From Dendrobates tinctorius (Eukaryota): a DNA stretch of 64,000 nucleotides. Location of the stretch: assembly GCF_039654945.1 (NCBI RefSeq), contig NW_027361869.1:8184001-8248000 (forward strand). The letters are read 5' to 3'. Positions 12,133-28,011 of the stretch are shown piece by piece (the stretch's first letter is position 1; the number at the start of each line of letters is the position of its first letter). The position numbers were made by a program, and so were the translations under genes. A model generated the notes under the pieces. It was not told the DNA's origin. It did no database searches and saw only the letters and a program-made list of their open reading frames with translations.

Positions 12133-15100
12133 CTGCAAGGAGTAGGCGGTGGCACTGATCATACAGCTCTGCGGGGACTAGGTGGTGGCACTGATCATAC
12201 AGCTTTGCGGTGGCAATGTGGTGGCACTGATTATACAGTCTGCGGCGACAAGGTGGTGACACGGATCATACAGCTCTGCATGGAAAGGTGGTGGCACTGA
12301 ACAAACAGCTCTGCAGGGAAAAGGTGGTGGCACTGATGAGACAGCTCTACAGGGAGGAGGTGGTGGCACTGAACATACTTGATTGCCGGGATGAGGTAGT
12401 GGCACTGATTATACAGCTCTGCAGGGATGAGGTGGCGGCACTGAAGATACAGGTCTGCAGGGATGAGTTGGTTGCACTGATCATAAGGATCTGCAGGGAC
12501 AAGGTTGTGTCACTGATCTTAAAGCTCTGCAGGGATGAGGTGGCACTGTTCATACAGTTCTGCAGGGAGGAGGTGGTGGCACTGATCATACAGCTCTGTG
12601 TGGATAAGATGGTGGCAATGATCATACAGCTCTGCAGGGAGGAGGTGGTGGCACTGATCATACAGCTCTGTGTGGATAAGATGGTGGCAATGATCATACA
12701 GCTCTACAGGGAGGAGGTGGTGGCACTGAACATACTTGTTTACAGGGATGAGGTAGTGGCACTGATCATACAGCTCTGCAGGGATGAGGTGGTGGCACTG
12801 ACGATACAGCTCTGCAGGGATGAGGTGGTTGCACTGATCATAAAGCTCTTTGGGGAGGAGGCGGTGGCACTGATCATAAGGCTCTGCAGGGACAAGGTTG
12901 TGTCACTGATCTTACAGCTCTGCATGGATGAAGTGGTGGCACTGATCATACAGTTCTGCAGGGAGGAGGTGGTGGCACTGATCATACAGCTCTTCAGGGA
13001 GGAGGTGGTGGCACTGATCACACAGCTCTGCAGGGAGTAGGTTGTGGCACTGATAATACAGCTCTGTGTGGCTAAGATGGTGGCACTGATCATACAGCTC
13101 TGCAGGGAGGAGTTGGTGGCACTGATCATACAGCTCTGCAGGGAAGAGGAGGTGACACTTATCATACAGATCTGCAAGGATGAGGTGTTGGCACTGATCA
13201 TACAGCTTTGCGGGGACAATGTGGTTGCACTGATCATACACCTCTGCGGTGACAAGGTGGTGGTACTGATCATACAGCTCTGCATGGAGAAGGTGGTGGC
13301 ACTGATCATACAGTTCTGCAGTGACGATTTGGTGGCACTAATGGTACAGCTCTGCAGGGATGAGGTAGTGGCACAGATCATACAGCTCTGCGGGGACAAT
13401 GTGGTGACACTGATCATAGAGCCCTGCAAGGGCCAGGTGGTGGCACTGATCATAAAGATCTGCAGGGAAGAGTTGGTGGCACTGATCATACAGCTCTGCG
13501 GGGACAATGTGGTGACACTGATCATAGAGCCCTGCAAGGGCCAGGTGGTGGCACTGATCATAAAGATCTGCAGGGAAGAGTTGGTGGCACTGATCATACA
13601 GCTCTGCAGGGACGAGGTGTTGGCACTTATCATACAGCCTTGCGCAGACAAGGTGGTGGCACTGATCATACATCTTTACGGGGACAATGTGGTTATACTG
13701 ATTATACATCTCTTTAGGGATAAGTTGGAGGCACTGATCATGTGGTTCTGCAAGGATGAGGTTGTGGCACTGATCATACAGCTCTGCAGAGAGGAGGTGG
13801 TGGCACTGATCATACAGCACTGTGTGGACAATTTGATAGCACTGATCATACATCTCTGCTCGGACAAAGTGGTGGCACTTATGATACAGCTTTGCGGGGA
13901 CAAGGTGGTGGCACTGATCTTATAGCTTTGCAAGGATGAGGTGGAGGTACTAATCATACTGCTCTGCAGTGAAGAGGTGGTGGCACTGATTATACAGCTC
14001 AGCGCGGACAAGGTGGTGGCACTGATCAGACAGCTCTACAGGAAGGAGGTGGTGGCACTGAAAATACTTGTTTGCCGGGATGAGGTAGTGGCACTGATTA
14101 TACAGCTCTGCAGGGGTGAGGTGGTGGCACTGAAGATACAGTTCTGCAAGGATGAGGTGGTTGCACTGATCATAAGTCTCTGCAGGGACAAGGTTGAGTC
14201 ACTGATCTTAAAGCTCTGCAGGGATGAGGTGGTGGCACTGATCATACAGTTCTGCGGGGAGGAGGTGGTGGCATTGATCATACAGCTCTGCAGGGAGGAG
14301 GTGGTGGCACTGATCACACAGCTCTGCAGGGAGTAGGTGGTGGCACTGATCATACAGCTCTGTGTGGATAAGATGGTGGCAATGATCTTGCAGCTCTGCA
14401 GGGAGGAGTTGGTGGCACTGATCATACAGCTCTGCAAGGATGAGGTGTTGGCACTGATCATACAGCTTTGCGGGGACAATGTGGTTGCACTGATTATATA
14501 TCTCTTTAGGGATAAGTTGGAGGCACTGATCATGCGGTTCTGCAGGGATGAGGTTGTGGCACTGATCATACAGCTCTACGGGGACAAGGTGGTGGTACTG
14601 ATCATACAGCTCTGCAGGGAGGAGGTGGTGGCGCTGTACATACAGCACTGCAGGGAAAGGTGGTGGCACTGAACATACAGCTCAGCGTGGACAAAGTGGT
14701 GGTACTGATCAGACAGCTCTACAGGGAGGAGTTGGTGGCACTGAACATACAGCACTGCAGGGAAAGGTGGTCGCACTGAACATACAGCTCAGCACGGACA
14801 TAGTGGTGGTACTGATCAGACAGCTCTACAGGGAGGAGGTGGTGGCACTGAACATACTTGTTTGCAGGGATGAGGTAGTGTCACTGATCTTACAGCTCTG
14901 CAGGGATGAGGTGGTGGCACTGAAGATACAGCTCTGCAGGGATGAGGTGGTTGCACTGATCATACAGCACTGTGGTGAGGAGGCGGTGGCACTGACCATA
15001 AGGCTCTGCAGGGACAAGGTTGTGTCACAGATCTTACAGCTCTGCAGGGATGAGGTGGTGGCACTAATTATACAGTTCAGCAGGGAGGAGGTAGTGGCAC

Positions 15101-18100
15101 TGATCATACAGCTCTTCAGGGAGGAGGTGGTGGCACTGAAAACACAGCTCTGCAGGGAGAAGTTGGTGGCACTGATCATACAGCTCTGCAGGGAAGAGGT
15201 GGTGACACTGATCATACACCTCTGCGGCCACAAGGTGGTGGTACTGATCATACAGCTCTGCAGGGAGGAGGTGGTGGCACTGATCACACAGCTCTGAAGG
15301 GAATAGGTGGTGGCACTGATCATACAGTTCTGCAGTGACGAGGTGGTGGCACTAACCATACAGTTCTGAAGTGACGAGGTGGTGGCACTAATCATACAGC
15401 TATGCAGGGATGAGGTAGTGGCACAGATCGTACAGCTCTGCAGGGAAGAGGTGGTGACACTGATCATACAGTTTTGCAAGGATGAGGTGTGGCACTGATC
15501 ATACAGCTTTGCGGGGACAATGTGGTTGCACTGATTATATATATATATCTTTAGGGATAAGTTGGAGGCACTGATCATGCGGTTCTGCAGGGATGAGGTT
15601 GTGGCACTGATCATACAGCTCTGCGGGGACAAGGTGGTGACACTGATCATACACCTCTGCGGCGACAAGGTGGTGGTACTGATCATACAGCTCAACAGGG
15701 AGGAGGTGGTGGCACTGATCATACAGTTCTGCAGTGATGAGGTGGTGGCACTAATCATACAGTTCTGCAGTGACGAGGTGGTGGCACAGATCATACAGCC
15801 CTGCAGGGACGAGGTGGTGGCACTGATCTTATAGCTCTGCGGGGACAAGGTGGTGACACTGATCATACACCTCTGCGGCGACATGGTGGTGGTACGGATC
15901 ATACAGCTCTGCAGGGAGGAAATGGTGGCACTGATCATGCAGCTCTGCTCGGACAAAGTGGTGGCACTTATGTTACAGCTCAGCGTGAACAAGGTGGTGG
16001 CACTGATCTTAAAGCTCTACAAGGATGAGGTGATGGTTCTAATCATACAGCTTTGCAGGGAGGAGGTGGTGGCACTGATCATACAGCTCTGCGGGGACAA
16101 GATGGTGGCACTGATCATAAAGCTCTGCAGGGACGAGGTGGTGGCACTGATCATACAGCTTTGCGTGGACAAGGCGGTGGCACTGATCATATAGCTCTGA
16201 GGGGATGACGTGGTGGCACTGATCAAATAGCTCTGCAGGGATTAGGTGGTGGCAATGATCATACAGCTCTGCAAGGAGTAGGCGGTGGCACTGATCATAC
16301 AGCTCTGCGGGTACTAGGTGGTGGTACTGATCATACTGCTCTGTGCTGACCAACTGGTGGCACTGATCATACAACTTTGTGGTGACAAGGTGGTGGCACT
16401 GATTATACAATTCTGCGGCTACAAGGTGGAGGCACTGATCACACAGGTCTGCAGGGAAAAGGTGGTGGCACTGAACATACAGCTCAGCACGGACAAGGTG
16501 GTGGCACTGATCAGACAGCTCTACAGGGAGGAGGTTGTGGCACTGAACATACTAGTTTGCAGGGATGAGGTAGTGGCACTGATCATACAGCTCTGCAGGT
16601 ATGAGGTGGTGTCACTGAAGATACAGCTGTGCAGGGATGAGGTGGTTGCACTGATCATGCAGCTCTGTGGGGAGGAGTTGGTGGCACTGATCATGCAACT
16701 CTGCAAGGACGAGGTGTTGGCACTGATCATACAGCTTTGCGGGGACAATGTGGTTGCACTGATTATACATCTCTTTAGGGACAAGTTGGAGGCACTGATC
16801 ATGCAGTTCTGCAGGGATGAGGTTGTGGCACTGATCATACAGCTCTACAGGGATGAGATAGTGGCTCAGATCATACAGCTCTGCAGGGACGAGGAGGTGG
16901 CACTGATCATACACCTCTGCGGGGACAATGTGGTGACACTGATTATACACGTCTGTGGCGACAAGGTGCTGGCACTGATCATACAGCTCTGCAGGGAGGA
17001 GGTGGTGGCACTGATCATACAGCTCTGCAGGGAGGAGGTGGTGGCACTGATCATACAGCTCTGAAGGGAATAGGTGGTGGCACTGATCATAAAGTTCTGC
17101 AGTGACGAGGTAGTGGCACTAATCATACAGCTCAGCAGGGAGGAGGTGGTGGCACTGATCATACAGCTCAGCAGGGAGGAGGTGGTGACACTGATTATAC
17201 AGCTCTGCAGGGATGAGGTAGTGGCACAGATCCTACAGACCTGCAGGGACAAGGTGGTGGCACTAATCATACAGCTTTGCGGGGACAATGTGGTTGCACT
17301 GATTATACATCTCTTTAGGTATAAGTTGGAGGCACTGATCATGCGGTTCTGAAGGGATGAGGTTGTGGCACTGATCATACAGCTCTGCAGGGATGAGGTA
17401 GTGGCACAGATCATACAGCTCTGCAGGGATGAGGTAGTGGCACAGATCATACAGCTCTGCAGAGAGGAGATGGTGACACTGATTATACAGCTTTGCAGTG
17501 AGGATATGGTGGCACTGATCATACAGCTCTGCGGGGACAATTTGATGGCACTGATCATACAGCTCTGCTCGGACAAAGTGTTGGCACTTATGATACAGCT
17601 TTGTGGGGACAAGGTGGTGGCACTGATCATACAGCTCTGCAGTGACGAGGTCGTGGCACTGATCATGCAGTTCTGCAGGGATGATTCAGTAGCACAGATC
17701 ATACAGCCCTGCAGGGATGAAGTGGTGGCACTGATCATACAGCTCTGCAGGGAAAAGTTGGTGACACTGATCATACACCTCTGTGGCGACAAGGTGGTGG
17801 TACTGATCATACAGCTCTGCAAGGACCAGGTGGTGGCATTGATCATAAAGCTCTGCAGGGATGAGGTGGTGGCACTGATCATACAGCTCTGCAGAGAGGA
17901 GGTGGTGGCACTGATTATACAGCTTTAGAGGGAGGAGATGGTGGCACTGATCATACAGCTCTGTGGGGACAATTTGATGGCACTGATCATACAGCTCTGC
18001 TCGGACAAAGTAGTGGCACTTATGATACAGCTTTGCGGGGACAAGGTGGTGGCACTGAACATATAGCTCAGCGTGGACAAGGTGGTGGCTCTGATCTTAA

Positions 18101-18329
18101 AGCTCTATAAGGATTAGGTGGAGGTACTAATCATACAGCTCTGCAGGGAGGAGGTGGTGGCCCTGATCATACAGCTCTGCGGGGACAAGATGGTGGCACT
18201 AATCATAAAGCTCTGCAGGGATGAGGTGGTGGCACTGATCATACAGCTTTGCGTGGACAAGGTGGTGGCACTGATCATGTAGCCCTGAGCGGAGGACGTG
18301 GTGGCACTGATCATACAGCTCTGCAAGGA

Positions 18330-18492
18330 AAAAATAACTCAAAGATGGATGGGAATGAGAAATCCCACAGGATAAAAAAGATGCTACATGAATGATAAAA
18401 ATAATAACAATGATAATAATAAATGGCACAATTTTTATTTTTTTAAATAAAGATGCCTTTATTAAAATATTGACACAACAATTAAGTGCATT

Positions 18493-18535
<43 letters not shown>

Positions 18536-18861
18536 GTATACAATCACATTAGCCATGTGTTTATGGATAATGGAAAACCAATCCATATCAAAAATTCTTA
18601 ATTAATGAACCAGGTACAAAAATGCATATATATAGTGACACAAGGATAATTACATAAAAAGAAAATAAATATATGTATAATGAATGTGCCCAAAGTGCAG
18701 AGGTGCAGCTGTGCAAAAAATTCAAATCGCACTAAGGCGTGTGCAACAAAACACAAGGTGTAAAATACCTGTAAGCCGATTGACGCTACGTGAGTTGTAT
18801 AAGAACATGCCCCCACGGGCGTTTCAGAAATAAATCTCCTTCGTCAGGTGGATAGATACGC
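18330..18861 (-). mobile_element. Penelope-like insert, copy 2
   Basis: Near-identical to 11613-12132 with the same CTGCAAGGA duplication; hammerhead triplet is GTG. Confidence 0.7.
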
Positions 18862-19798
18862 CTGCAAGGAGTAGGCGGTGGCACTGATCATACAGCTCTG
18901 CGGGGACTAGGTGGTGGTAATGATCATACAGCTCTGTGCTGACCAACTGGTGGCACTGATCATACAGCTTTGCGGTGACAATGTGGTGGCACTGATTATA
19001 CAGTTCGGCGGCGACAGGGTGGTGACACTGATCATACAGCTCTGCATGGAAAGGTGGTGGCACTGAACAAACAGCTCTGCAGGGAAAAGGTGGTGGCACT
19101 GAACATACAGCTCAGCGCGGACAGGGTGGTGGCACTGATCAGACAGCTCTACAGGGAGGAGGTGGTGGCACTGAACATACTTGTTTGCCGGGATGAGGTA
19201 GTGGCACTGAACATACAGCTCAGCGAGGACAAGGAGGTGGTACTGATCAGACAGCTCTACAGGGAGGAGGTGGTGGCACTGAACATACTTGTTTACAGGG
19301 ATGAGGTAGTAGCACTGAACATACAGCTCTGCAGGGATGAGGTGGTTGCACTGATCATACAGCTCTTTGGGAAGGAGGCGGTGGCACTGATCATAAGGCT
19401 CTGCAGGGACCAGGTTGTGTCACTGATCTTACAGCTCTGCATGGATGAGGTGGTGGCACTGATCATACAGTTCTGCAGGGAGGAGGTGGTGGCACTGATC
19501 ATACAGCTTTGCGGGGACAATGTGGTGGCACTGATTATATATGTCTTTAGGGATAAGTTGGAGGCACTGATCATGCGGTTCTGCAGGGATGAGGTTGTGG
19601 CACTGATCATACTGCTCTGCGGGGACAAGGTGGTGACACTGATCATACACCTCTGCGGCGACAAGGTGGTGGTACTGATCATACAGCTCTGCAGGGAGGA
19701 GGTGGTGGCACTGATCACACAGCTCTGAAGGGAATAGGTGGTGGCACTGATCATACAGCTCTGCAGGGAATAGATGGTGGCACTGATCATAGAGTTCT

Positions 19799-20050
19799 GA
19801 TGATATTGGAGACTGCGGACAGACTGTCACTGGCGTTCTGTATTACAGAGGGGTAAGGTCGGGGGAAGACGTATACAGTTGTGTGTCATCAGCATAAAGA
19901 TGCTACCGAAAGCCAAATTTGCTGATGGTCTGTCCAATTGGGGCTGTATAGAGCAAGAAGAGATGGGGGCCAAGGACTGAGCCCTGAGGTACCCAGAAAG
20001 CAAGAGGAAGAGGAGATGAAGTGGAGCCAGCGAACAAAACACTGAAGAAC
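19799..20050 (-). mobile_element. L2 RT fragment, copy 2
   Basis: Same boundaries and sequence as 7276-7527. Confidence 0.9.
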
Positions 20051-20192
20051 TCTGCAGAGACGAGGTGGTGGCACCGATCATACAGGTCAGCAGGGACGAG
20101 GTGGTGGCACTCATTATAGAGCTCTGCAGGGATGAAGTGGTGGCACTGATCATACAGCTCTGCGGGGAGGAGGAGGTGGCACTGATCATACA

Positions 20193-20406
<214 letters not shown>

Positions 20407-23400
20407 TCATACAGCTCTGCATTGACGAGGTGGTGGAACTGTTCATGCAGTTCTGCAGGGATGAGGTTGTGGCACTGATCATACAGCTCTGCAGGGAGGA
20501 GAGGAGGTAGTGGCACAGATCATACAGCCCTGCAGTGACGAGGTGGTGGCACTGAACATACTTGTTTGCCGGGATGAGGTAGTGGCACTGATTATACAGC
20601 TCTGCAGGGATGAGGTGGCGGCACTGAAGATACAGGTCTGCAGGGATGAGTTGGTTGCACTGATCATAAGGATCTGCAGGGACAAGGTTGTGTCACTGAT
20701 CTTAAAGCTCTGCAGGGATGAGGTGGTGGCACTGTTCATACAGTTCTGCAGGGAGGAGGTGGTGGCACTGATCATACAGCTCTGTGTGGATAAGATGGTG
20801 GCAATGATCATACAGCTCTACAGGGAGGAGGTGGTGGCACTGAACATACTTGTTTACAAGGATAAGGTAGTGGCACTGATCATACAGCTCTGCAGGGATG
20901 AGGTGGTGGCACTGACGATACAGCTCTGCAGGGATGAGGTGGTTGCACTGATCATACAGCTCTTTGGGGAGGAGGCGGTGGCACTGATCATAAGGCTCTG
21001 CAGGGACAAGGTTGTGTCACTGATCTTACAGCTCTGCATGGATGAAGTGGTGGCACTGATCATACAGTTCTGCAGGGAGGAGGTGGTGGCACTGATCATA
21101 CAGCTCTTCAGGGAGGAGGTGGTGGCACTGATCACACAGCTCTGCAGGGAGTAGGTTGTGGCACTGATAATACAGCTCTGTGTGGCTAAGATGGTGGCAC
21201 TGATCATACAGCTCTGCAGGGAGGAGTTGGTGGCACTGATCATACAGCTCTGCAGGGAAGAGGAGGTGACACTTATCATACAGATCTGCAAGGATGAGGT
21301 GTTGGCACTGATCATACAGCTTTGCGGGGACAATGTGGTTGCACTGATCATACACCTCTGCGGTGACAAGGTGGTGGTACTGATCATACAGCTCTGCATG
21401 GAGAAGGTGGTGGCACTGATCACACAGCTCTGAAGGGAATAGTTGGTGGCACTGATCATACAGTTCTGCAGTGACGATTTGGTGGCACTAATGGTACAGC
21501 TCTGCAGGGATGAGGTAGTGGCACAGATCATACAGCTCTGCGGGGACAATGTGGTGACACTGATCATAGAGCCCTGCAAGGGCCAGGTGGTGGCACTGAT
21601 CATAAAGATCTGCAGGGAAGAGTTGGTGGCACTGATCATACAGCTCTGCGGGGACAATGTGGTGACACTGATCATAGAGCCCTGCAAGGGCCAGGTGGTG
21701 GCACTGATCATAAAGATCTGCAGGGAAGAGTTGGTGGCACTGATCATACAGCTCTGCAGGGACGAGGTGTTGGCACTTATCATACAGCCTTGCGCAGACA
21801 AGGTGGTGGCACTGATCATACATCTTTACGGGGACAATGTGGTTGTACTGATTATACATCTCTTTAGGGATAAGTTGGAGGCACTGATCATGTGGTTCTG
21901 CAAGGATGAGGTTGTGGCACTGATCATACAGCTCTGCAGAGAGGAGGTGGTGGCACTGATCATACAGCTCTGTGTGGACAATTTGATAGCACTGATCATA
22001 CATCTCTGCTCGGACAAAGTGGTGGCACTTATGATACAGCTTTGCGGGGACAAGGTGGTGGCACTGAACATATAGCTCAGCATGGACAAGGTGGTGGCTC
22101 TGATCTTATAGCTTTGCAAGGATGAGGTGGAGGTACTAATCATACTGCTCTGCAGGGAAGAGGTGGTGGCACTGATTATACAGCTCAGCGCGGACAAGGT
22201 GGTGGCACTGATCAGACAGCTCTACAGGAAGGAGGTGGTGGCACTGAAAATACTTGTTTGCCGGGATGAGGTAGTGGCACTGAATATACAGCTCTGCAGG
22301 GGTGAGGTGGTGGCACTGAAGATACAGTTCTGCAAGGATGAGGTGGTTGCACAGATCATAAGTCTCTGCAGGGACAAGGTTGAGTCACTGATCTTAAAGC
22401 TCTGCAGGGATGAGGTGGTGGCACTGATCATACAGTTCTGCGGGGAGGAGGTGGTGGCATTGATCATACAGCTCTGCAGGGAGGAGGTGGTGGCACTGAT
22501 CACACAGCTCTGCAGGGAGTAGGTGGTGGCACTGATCATACAGCTCTGTGTGGATAAGATGGTGGCAATGATCATGCAGCTCTGCAGGGAGGAGTTGGTG
22601 GCACTGATCATACAGCTCTGCAAGGATGAGGTGTTGGCACTGATCATACAGCTTTGCGGGGACAATGTGGTTGCACTGATTACATATCTCTTTAGGGATA
22701 AGTTGGAGGCACTGATCATGCGGTTCTGCAGGGATGAGGTTGTGGCACTGATCATACATCTCTGCGGGGACAAGGTGGTGGTACTGATCATACAGCTCTG
22801 TAGGGAGGAGGTGGTGGCGCTGAACATACAGCACTGCTGGGAAAGGTGGTGGCACTGAACATACAGCTCAGCGTGGACAAAGTGGTGGTACTGATCAGAC
22901 AGCTCTACAGGGAGGAGTTGGTGGCACTGAACATACAGCACTGCAGGGAAAGGTGGTGGCACTGAACATACAGCTCAGCACGGACATAGTGGTGGTACTG
23001 ATCAGACAGCTCTACAGGGATGAGGTGGTGGCACTGAAGATACAGCTCTGCAGGGATGAGGTGGTTGCACTGATCATACAGCACTGTGGTGAGGAGGCGG
23101 TGGCACTGACCATAAGGCTCTGCAGGGACAAGGTTGTGTCACAGATCTTACAGCTCTGCAGGGATGAGGTGGTGGCACTAATTATACAGTTCAGCAGGGA
23201 GGAGGTGGTGGCACTGATCATACAGCTCTTCAGGGAGGAGGTGGTGGCACTGAACACACAGCTCTGCAGGGAGAAGTTGGTGGCACTGATCATACAGCTC
23301 TGCAGGGAAGAGGTGGTGACACTGATCATACACCTCTGCGGCCACAAGGTGGTGGTACTGATCATACAGCTCTGCAGGGAGGAGGTGGTGGCACTGATCA

Positions 23401-23912
23401 CACAGCTCTGAAAGGAATAGGTGGTGGCACTGATCATACAGTTCTGCAGTGACGAGGTGGTGGCACTAACCATACAGTTCTGAAGTGACTAGGTGGTGGC
23501 ACTAATCATACAGCTTTGCAGGGATGAGGTAGTGGCACAGATCGTACAGCTCTGCAGGGAAGAGGTGGTGACACTGATCATACAGTTTTGCAAGGATGAG
23601 GTGTGGCACTGATCATACAGCTTTGCGGGGACAATGTGGTTGCACTGATTATATATATCTTTAGGGATAAGTTGGATGCACTGATCATGCGGTTCTGCAG
23701 GGATGAGGTTGTGGCACTGATCATACAGCTCTGCGGGGACAAGGTGGTGACACTGATCATACACCTCTGCGGCGACAAGGTGGTGGTACTGATCATACAG
23801 CTCAACAGGGAGGAGGTGGTGGCACTGATCATACAGCTCTGAAGGGAATAGGTGGTGGCACAGATCATACAGCTCTGCAGGGAATAGATGGTGGCACTGA
23901 TCATACGGTTCT

Positions 23913-24164
23913 GATGATATTGGAGACTGCGGGCAGACAGTCACTGGCGTTCTGTATTACAGAGGGGTAAGGTCGGGGGAAGACGTATACAGTTGTGTGT
24001 CATCAGCATAAAGATGGTACCGAAAGCCAAATTTGCTGATGGTCTGTCCAATTGGGGCTGTATAGAGAGGGAAGAGATGGGGGCCAAGGACTGAGCCCTG
24101 AGGTACCCAGACAGCAAGAGGAAGAGGAGATGAAGTGGAGCCAGCGAACAAAACACTGAAGAAC
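23913..24164 (-). mobile_element. L2 RT fragment, copy 3
   Basis: Same boundaries; YADD motif retained. Confidence 0.9.
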
Positions 24165-24270
24165 TCTGCAGGGACGAGGTGGTGGCACCGATCATACAGG
24201 TCAGCAGGGACGAGGTGGTGGCACTCATTATAGAGCTCTGACGGGATGAAGTGGTGGCACTGATCATACA

Positions 24271-24484
<214 letters not shown>

Positions 24485-24808
24485 TCATACAGCTCTGCAT
24501 TGACGAGGTGGTGGAACTGTTCATGCAGTTCTGCAGGGATGAGGTTGTGGCACTGATCATACAGCTCTGCAGGGAGGAGAGGAGGTAGTGGCACAGATCA
24601 TACAGCCCTGCAGTGACGAGGTGGTGGCACTGATCATACAGTTCTGCAGGGACAAGGTGGTGACACTGATCATACACCTCTGCAGCGACAAGGTGGTGGT
24701 ACTTATCATACAGCTCTGCGAGGACCAGGTGGTGGCACTGATCATAAAGCTCTGCAGAGAGGAGGTGGTGGCACTGATTAGACAGCTTTGCAGGGAGGAG
24801 ATGTTGGC

Positions 24809-25605
24809 TGTTGTGAGTTCATTTTCCCCTTCACTACTGAGGCCCGATGAACTCCCTCTTCTGGTAAAGAAAGGTAGTGAGCCTGATTATCAAACACCTG
24901 AGCCTAATGATGATGACTGGCTGAGTGGAGTTACTGACTGGATATAAGGCCGCCGACGCCCTTCTGCCCTGCGGGTGATTTCTCTGTGGGATCCTTGGAA
25001 ACCAGTCTGAATTCCTGGTCTTCTAAAGCTAAGTTTTCTGCTCGGCTTTTTGCATTTGTGCTTTGACTTTGTTTTGCTTTGTTTTTCTGGATTTCTGCCA
25101 TTCCCTGCTGGGGTGAGCTGAATTCCTTTAGCTCTGTCTTCTGAAAATACCTGAGTGCTGATTTAGTTTTTGAAGCCTAGCTGCTTCAGGGTCTTTTTCC
25201 ATATCAGCTTGTTGGCTTATGTCTTTGATATGGTTTTGGCAGATTGCAGACAGCAACCTTCCTTTCCTGTTCTGTTTAGTTAGCTTGGGCCCCATCGTTT
25301 GCTCAGCCTATCTTTCTATCTGTGTGAGTGTTTTTTCATCTTGCTTCACCGTCATTATATGTTGGGGGCTGCCTTTTACTTTGGGGTCTGCTCTGGGGCA
25401 GTTTAGATTTCCTTTTCTGTCTTTAGGCTATTTAGCTCTCCGGCTGTGATCGAGGGGTCTAGGGCACCGTAGGAACCCCCCACGGCTGCTGCTAGTTTTG
25501 TTGATAGGTTCATGGGTCTGCAATCTGATAGTTGCCAACTTCTCTGGTTTTCTGGACGTAGCTTCTATTTTTGTGTCTGCCTCCTACGCTGACTCAATCA
25601 TAACA
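24809..25605 (+). mobile_element. Solo LTR (797 bp) of the Gypsy element at 30815-36598
   Basis: TGTTGTG...CATAACA ends, flanked both sides by GTTGGC, near-identical to both LTRs of the full element. Confidence 0.96.
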
Positions 25606-28011
25606 GTTGGCACTGATCATACAGCTCTGCAGGGAGTAAGTGGTGGCACTGATCATACAGCTCTGCGGGGACAAAGTGGTGGCACTTATGTTACAGCTTT
25701 GCGGGGACAAGGTCGTGGCACTGATCATACAGCTCTGCAGGAAGGAGTTGGTGGCACTGAACATACAGCTCAGCGTGGACAAGGTGGTGGCACTGATCTT
25801 AAAGCTCTACAAGGATGAGGTGGTGGTACTAATCATACAGCTCTGCAGGGAGGAGGTGGTGGCATTGATCATACAGCTCTGCGGGGACAAGATGGTGGCA
25901 CTGATGATAAAGCTCTGCAGGGATGATGTGGTGGCACTGATCGTACAGGTCTGCAGGGATGAGGTGGTAGCACTCATCATATAGCTCTGCAGGGACAAGG
26001 TGGTGGCACTGATCATACAGCTTTGCGCGGACAAGGTGGTGGCACTGATCATATAGCTCTGAGGGGATGACGTGGTGGCACTGATCAAATAGCTCTGCAG
26101 GGATTAGGTGGTGGCAATGATCATACAGCTCTGCAAGGAGTAGGCGGTGGCACTGATCATACAGCTCTGCGGGTACTAGGTGGTGGTACAGATCATACTG
26201 CTCTGTGCTGACCAACTGGTGGCACTGATCATACAACTTTGTGGTGACAAGGTGGTGGCACTGATTATACAATTCTGCGGCTACAAGGTGGTGGCACTGA
26301 TCACACAGGTCTGCAGGGAAAAGGTGGTGGCACTGAACATACAGCTCAGCACGGACAAGGTGGTGGCAATGATCAGACAGCTCTACAGGGAGGAGGTTGT
26401 GGCACTGAACATACTAGTTTGCAGGGATGAGGTAGTGGCACTGATCATACAGCTCTGCAGGTATGAGTTGGTGTCACTGAAGATACAGCTGTGCAGGGAT
26501 GAGGTGGTTGCACTGATCATGCAGCTCTGTGGGGAGGAGTTGGTGGCACTGATCATGCAGCTCTGCAAGGACGAGGTGTTGGCACTGATCATACAGCTCT
26601 ACAGGGATGAGATAGTGGCTCAGATCATACAGCTCTCCAGGGACGAGGAGGTGGCACTGATCATACACCTCTGCGGGGACAATGTGGTGACACTGATTAT
26701 ACACGTCTGTGGCGACAAGGTGCTGGTACTGATCATACAGCTCTGCAGGGAGGAGGTGGTGGCACTGATCATACAGCTCTGAAGGGAATAGGTGGTGGCA
26801 CTGATCATAAAGTTCTGCAGTGACGAGGTGGTGGCACTAATCATACAGCTCAGCAGGGAGGAGGTGGTGGCACTGATCATACAGCTCAGCAGGGAGGAGG
26901 TGGTGACACTGATTATACAGCTCTGCAGGGATGAGGTAGTGGCACAGATCCTACAGACCTGCAGGGACAAGGTGGTGGCACTGATCATACAGCTTTGCGG
27001 GGACAATGTGGTTGCACTGATTATACATCTCTTTAGGTATAAGTTGGAGGCACTGATCATGCGGTTCTGAAGGGATGAGGTTGTGGCACTGATCATACAG
27101 CTCTGCAGGGATGAGGTAGTGGCACAGATCATACAGCTCTGCAGGGATGAGGTAGTGGCACAGATCATACAGCTCTGCAGAGAGGAGATGGTGACTCTGA
27201 TTATACAGCTTTGCAGTGAGGATATGGTGGCACTGATCATACAGCTCTGCGGGGACGATTTGATGGCACTGATCATACAGCTCTGCTCGGACAAAGTGTT
27301 GGCACTTATGATACAGCTTTGTGGGGACAAGGTGGTGGCACTGATCATACAGCTCTGCAGTGACGAGTTCGTGGCACTGATTATGCAGTTCTGCAGGGAT
27401 GAGGTAGTGGCACCGATCATACAGCTCTGCAGGGATGATTCAGTAGCACAGATCATACAGCCCTGCAGGGATGAAGTGGTGGCACTGATCATACAGCTCT
27501 GCAGGGAAAAGTTGGTGACACTGATCATACACCTCTGTGGCGACAAGGTGGTGGTACTGATCATACAGCTCTGCAAGGACCAGGTGGTGGCATTGATCAT
27601 AAAGCTCTGCAGGGATGAGGTGGTGGCACTGATCATACAGCTCTGCAGAGAGGAGGTGGTGGCACTGATTATACAGCTTTACAGGGAGGAGATGGTGGCA
27701 CTGATCATACAGCTCTGTGGGGACAATTTGATGGCACTGATCATACAGCTCTGCTCGGACAAAGTAGTGGCACTTATGATACAGCTTTGCGGGGACAAGG
27801 TGGTGGCACTGAACATATAGCTCAGCGTGGACAAGGTGGTGGCTCTGATCTTAAAGCTCTATAAGGATTAGGTGGAGGTACTAATCATACAGCTCTGCAG
27901 GGAGGAGGTGGTGGCCCTGATCATACAGCTCTGCGGGGACAAGGTGGTGGCACTGATCATGTAGCCCTGAGCGGAGGACGTGGTGGCACTGATCATACAG
28001 CTCTGCAAGGA

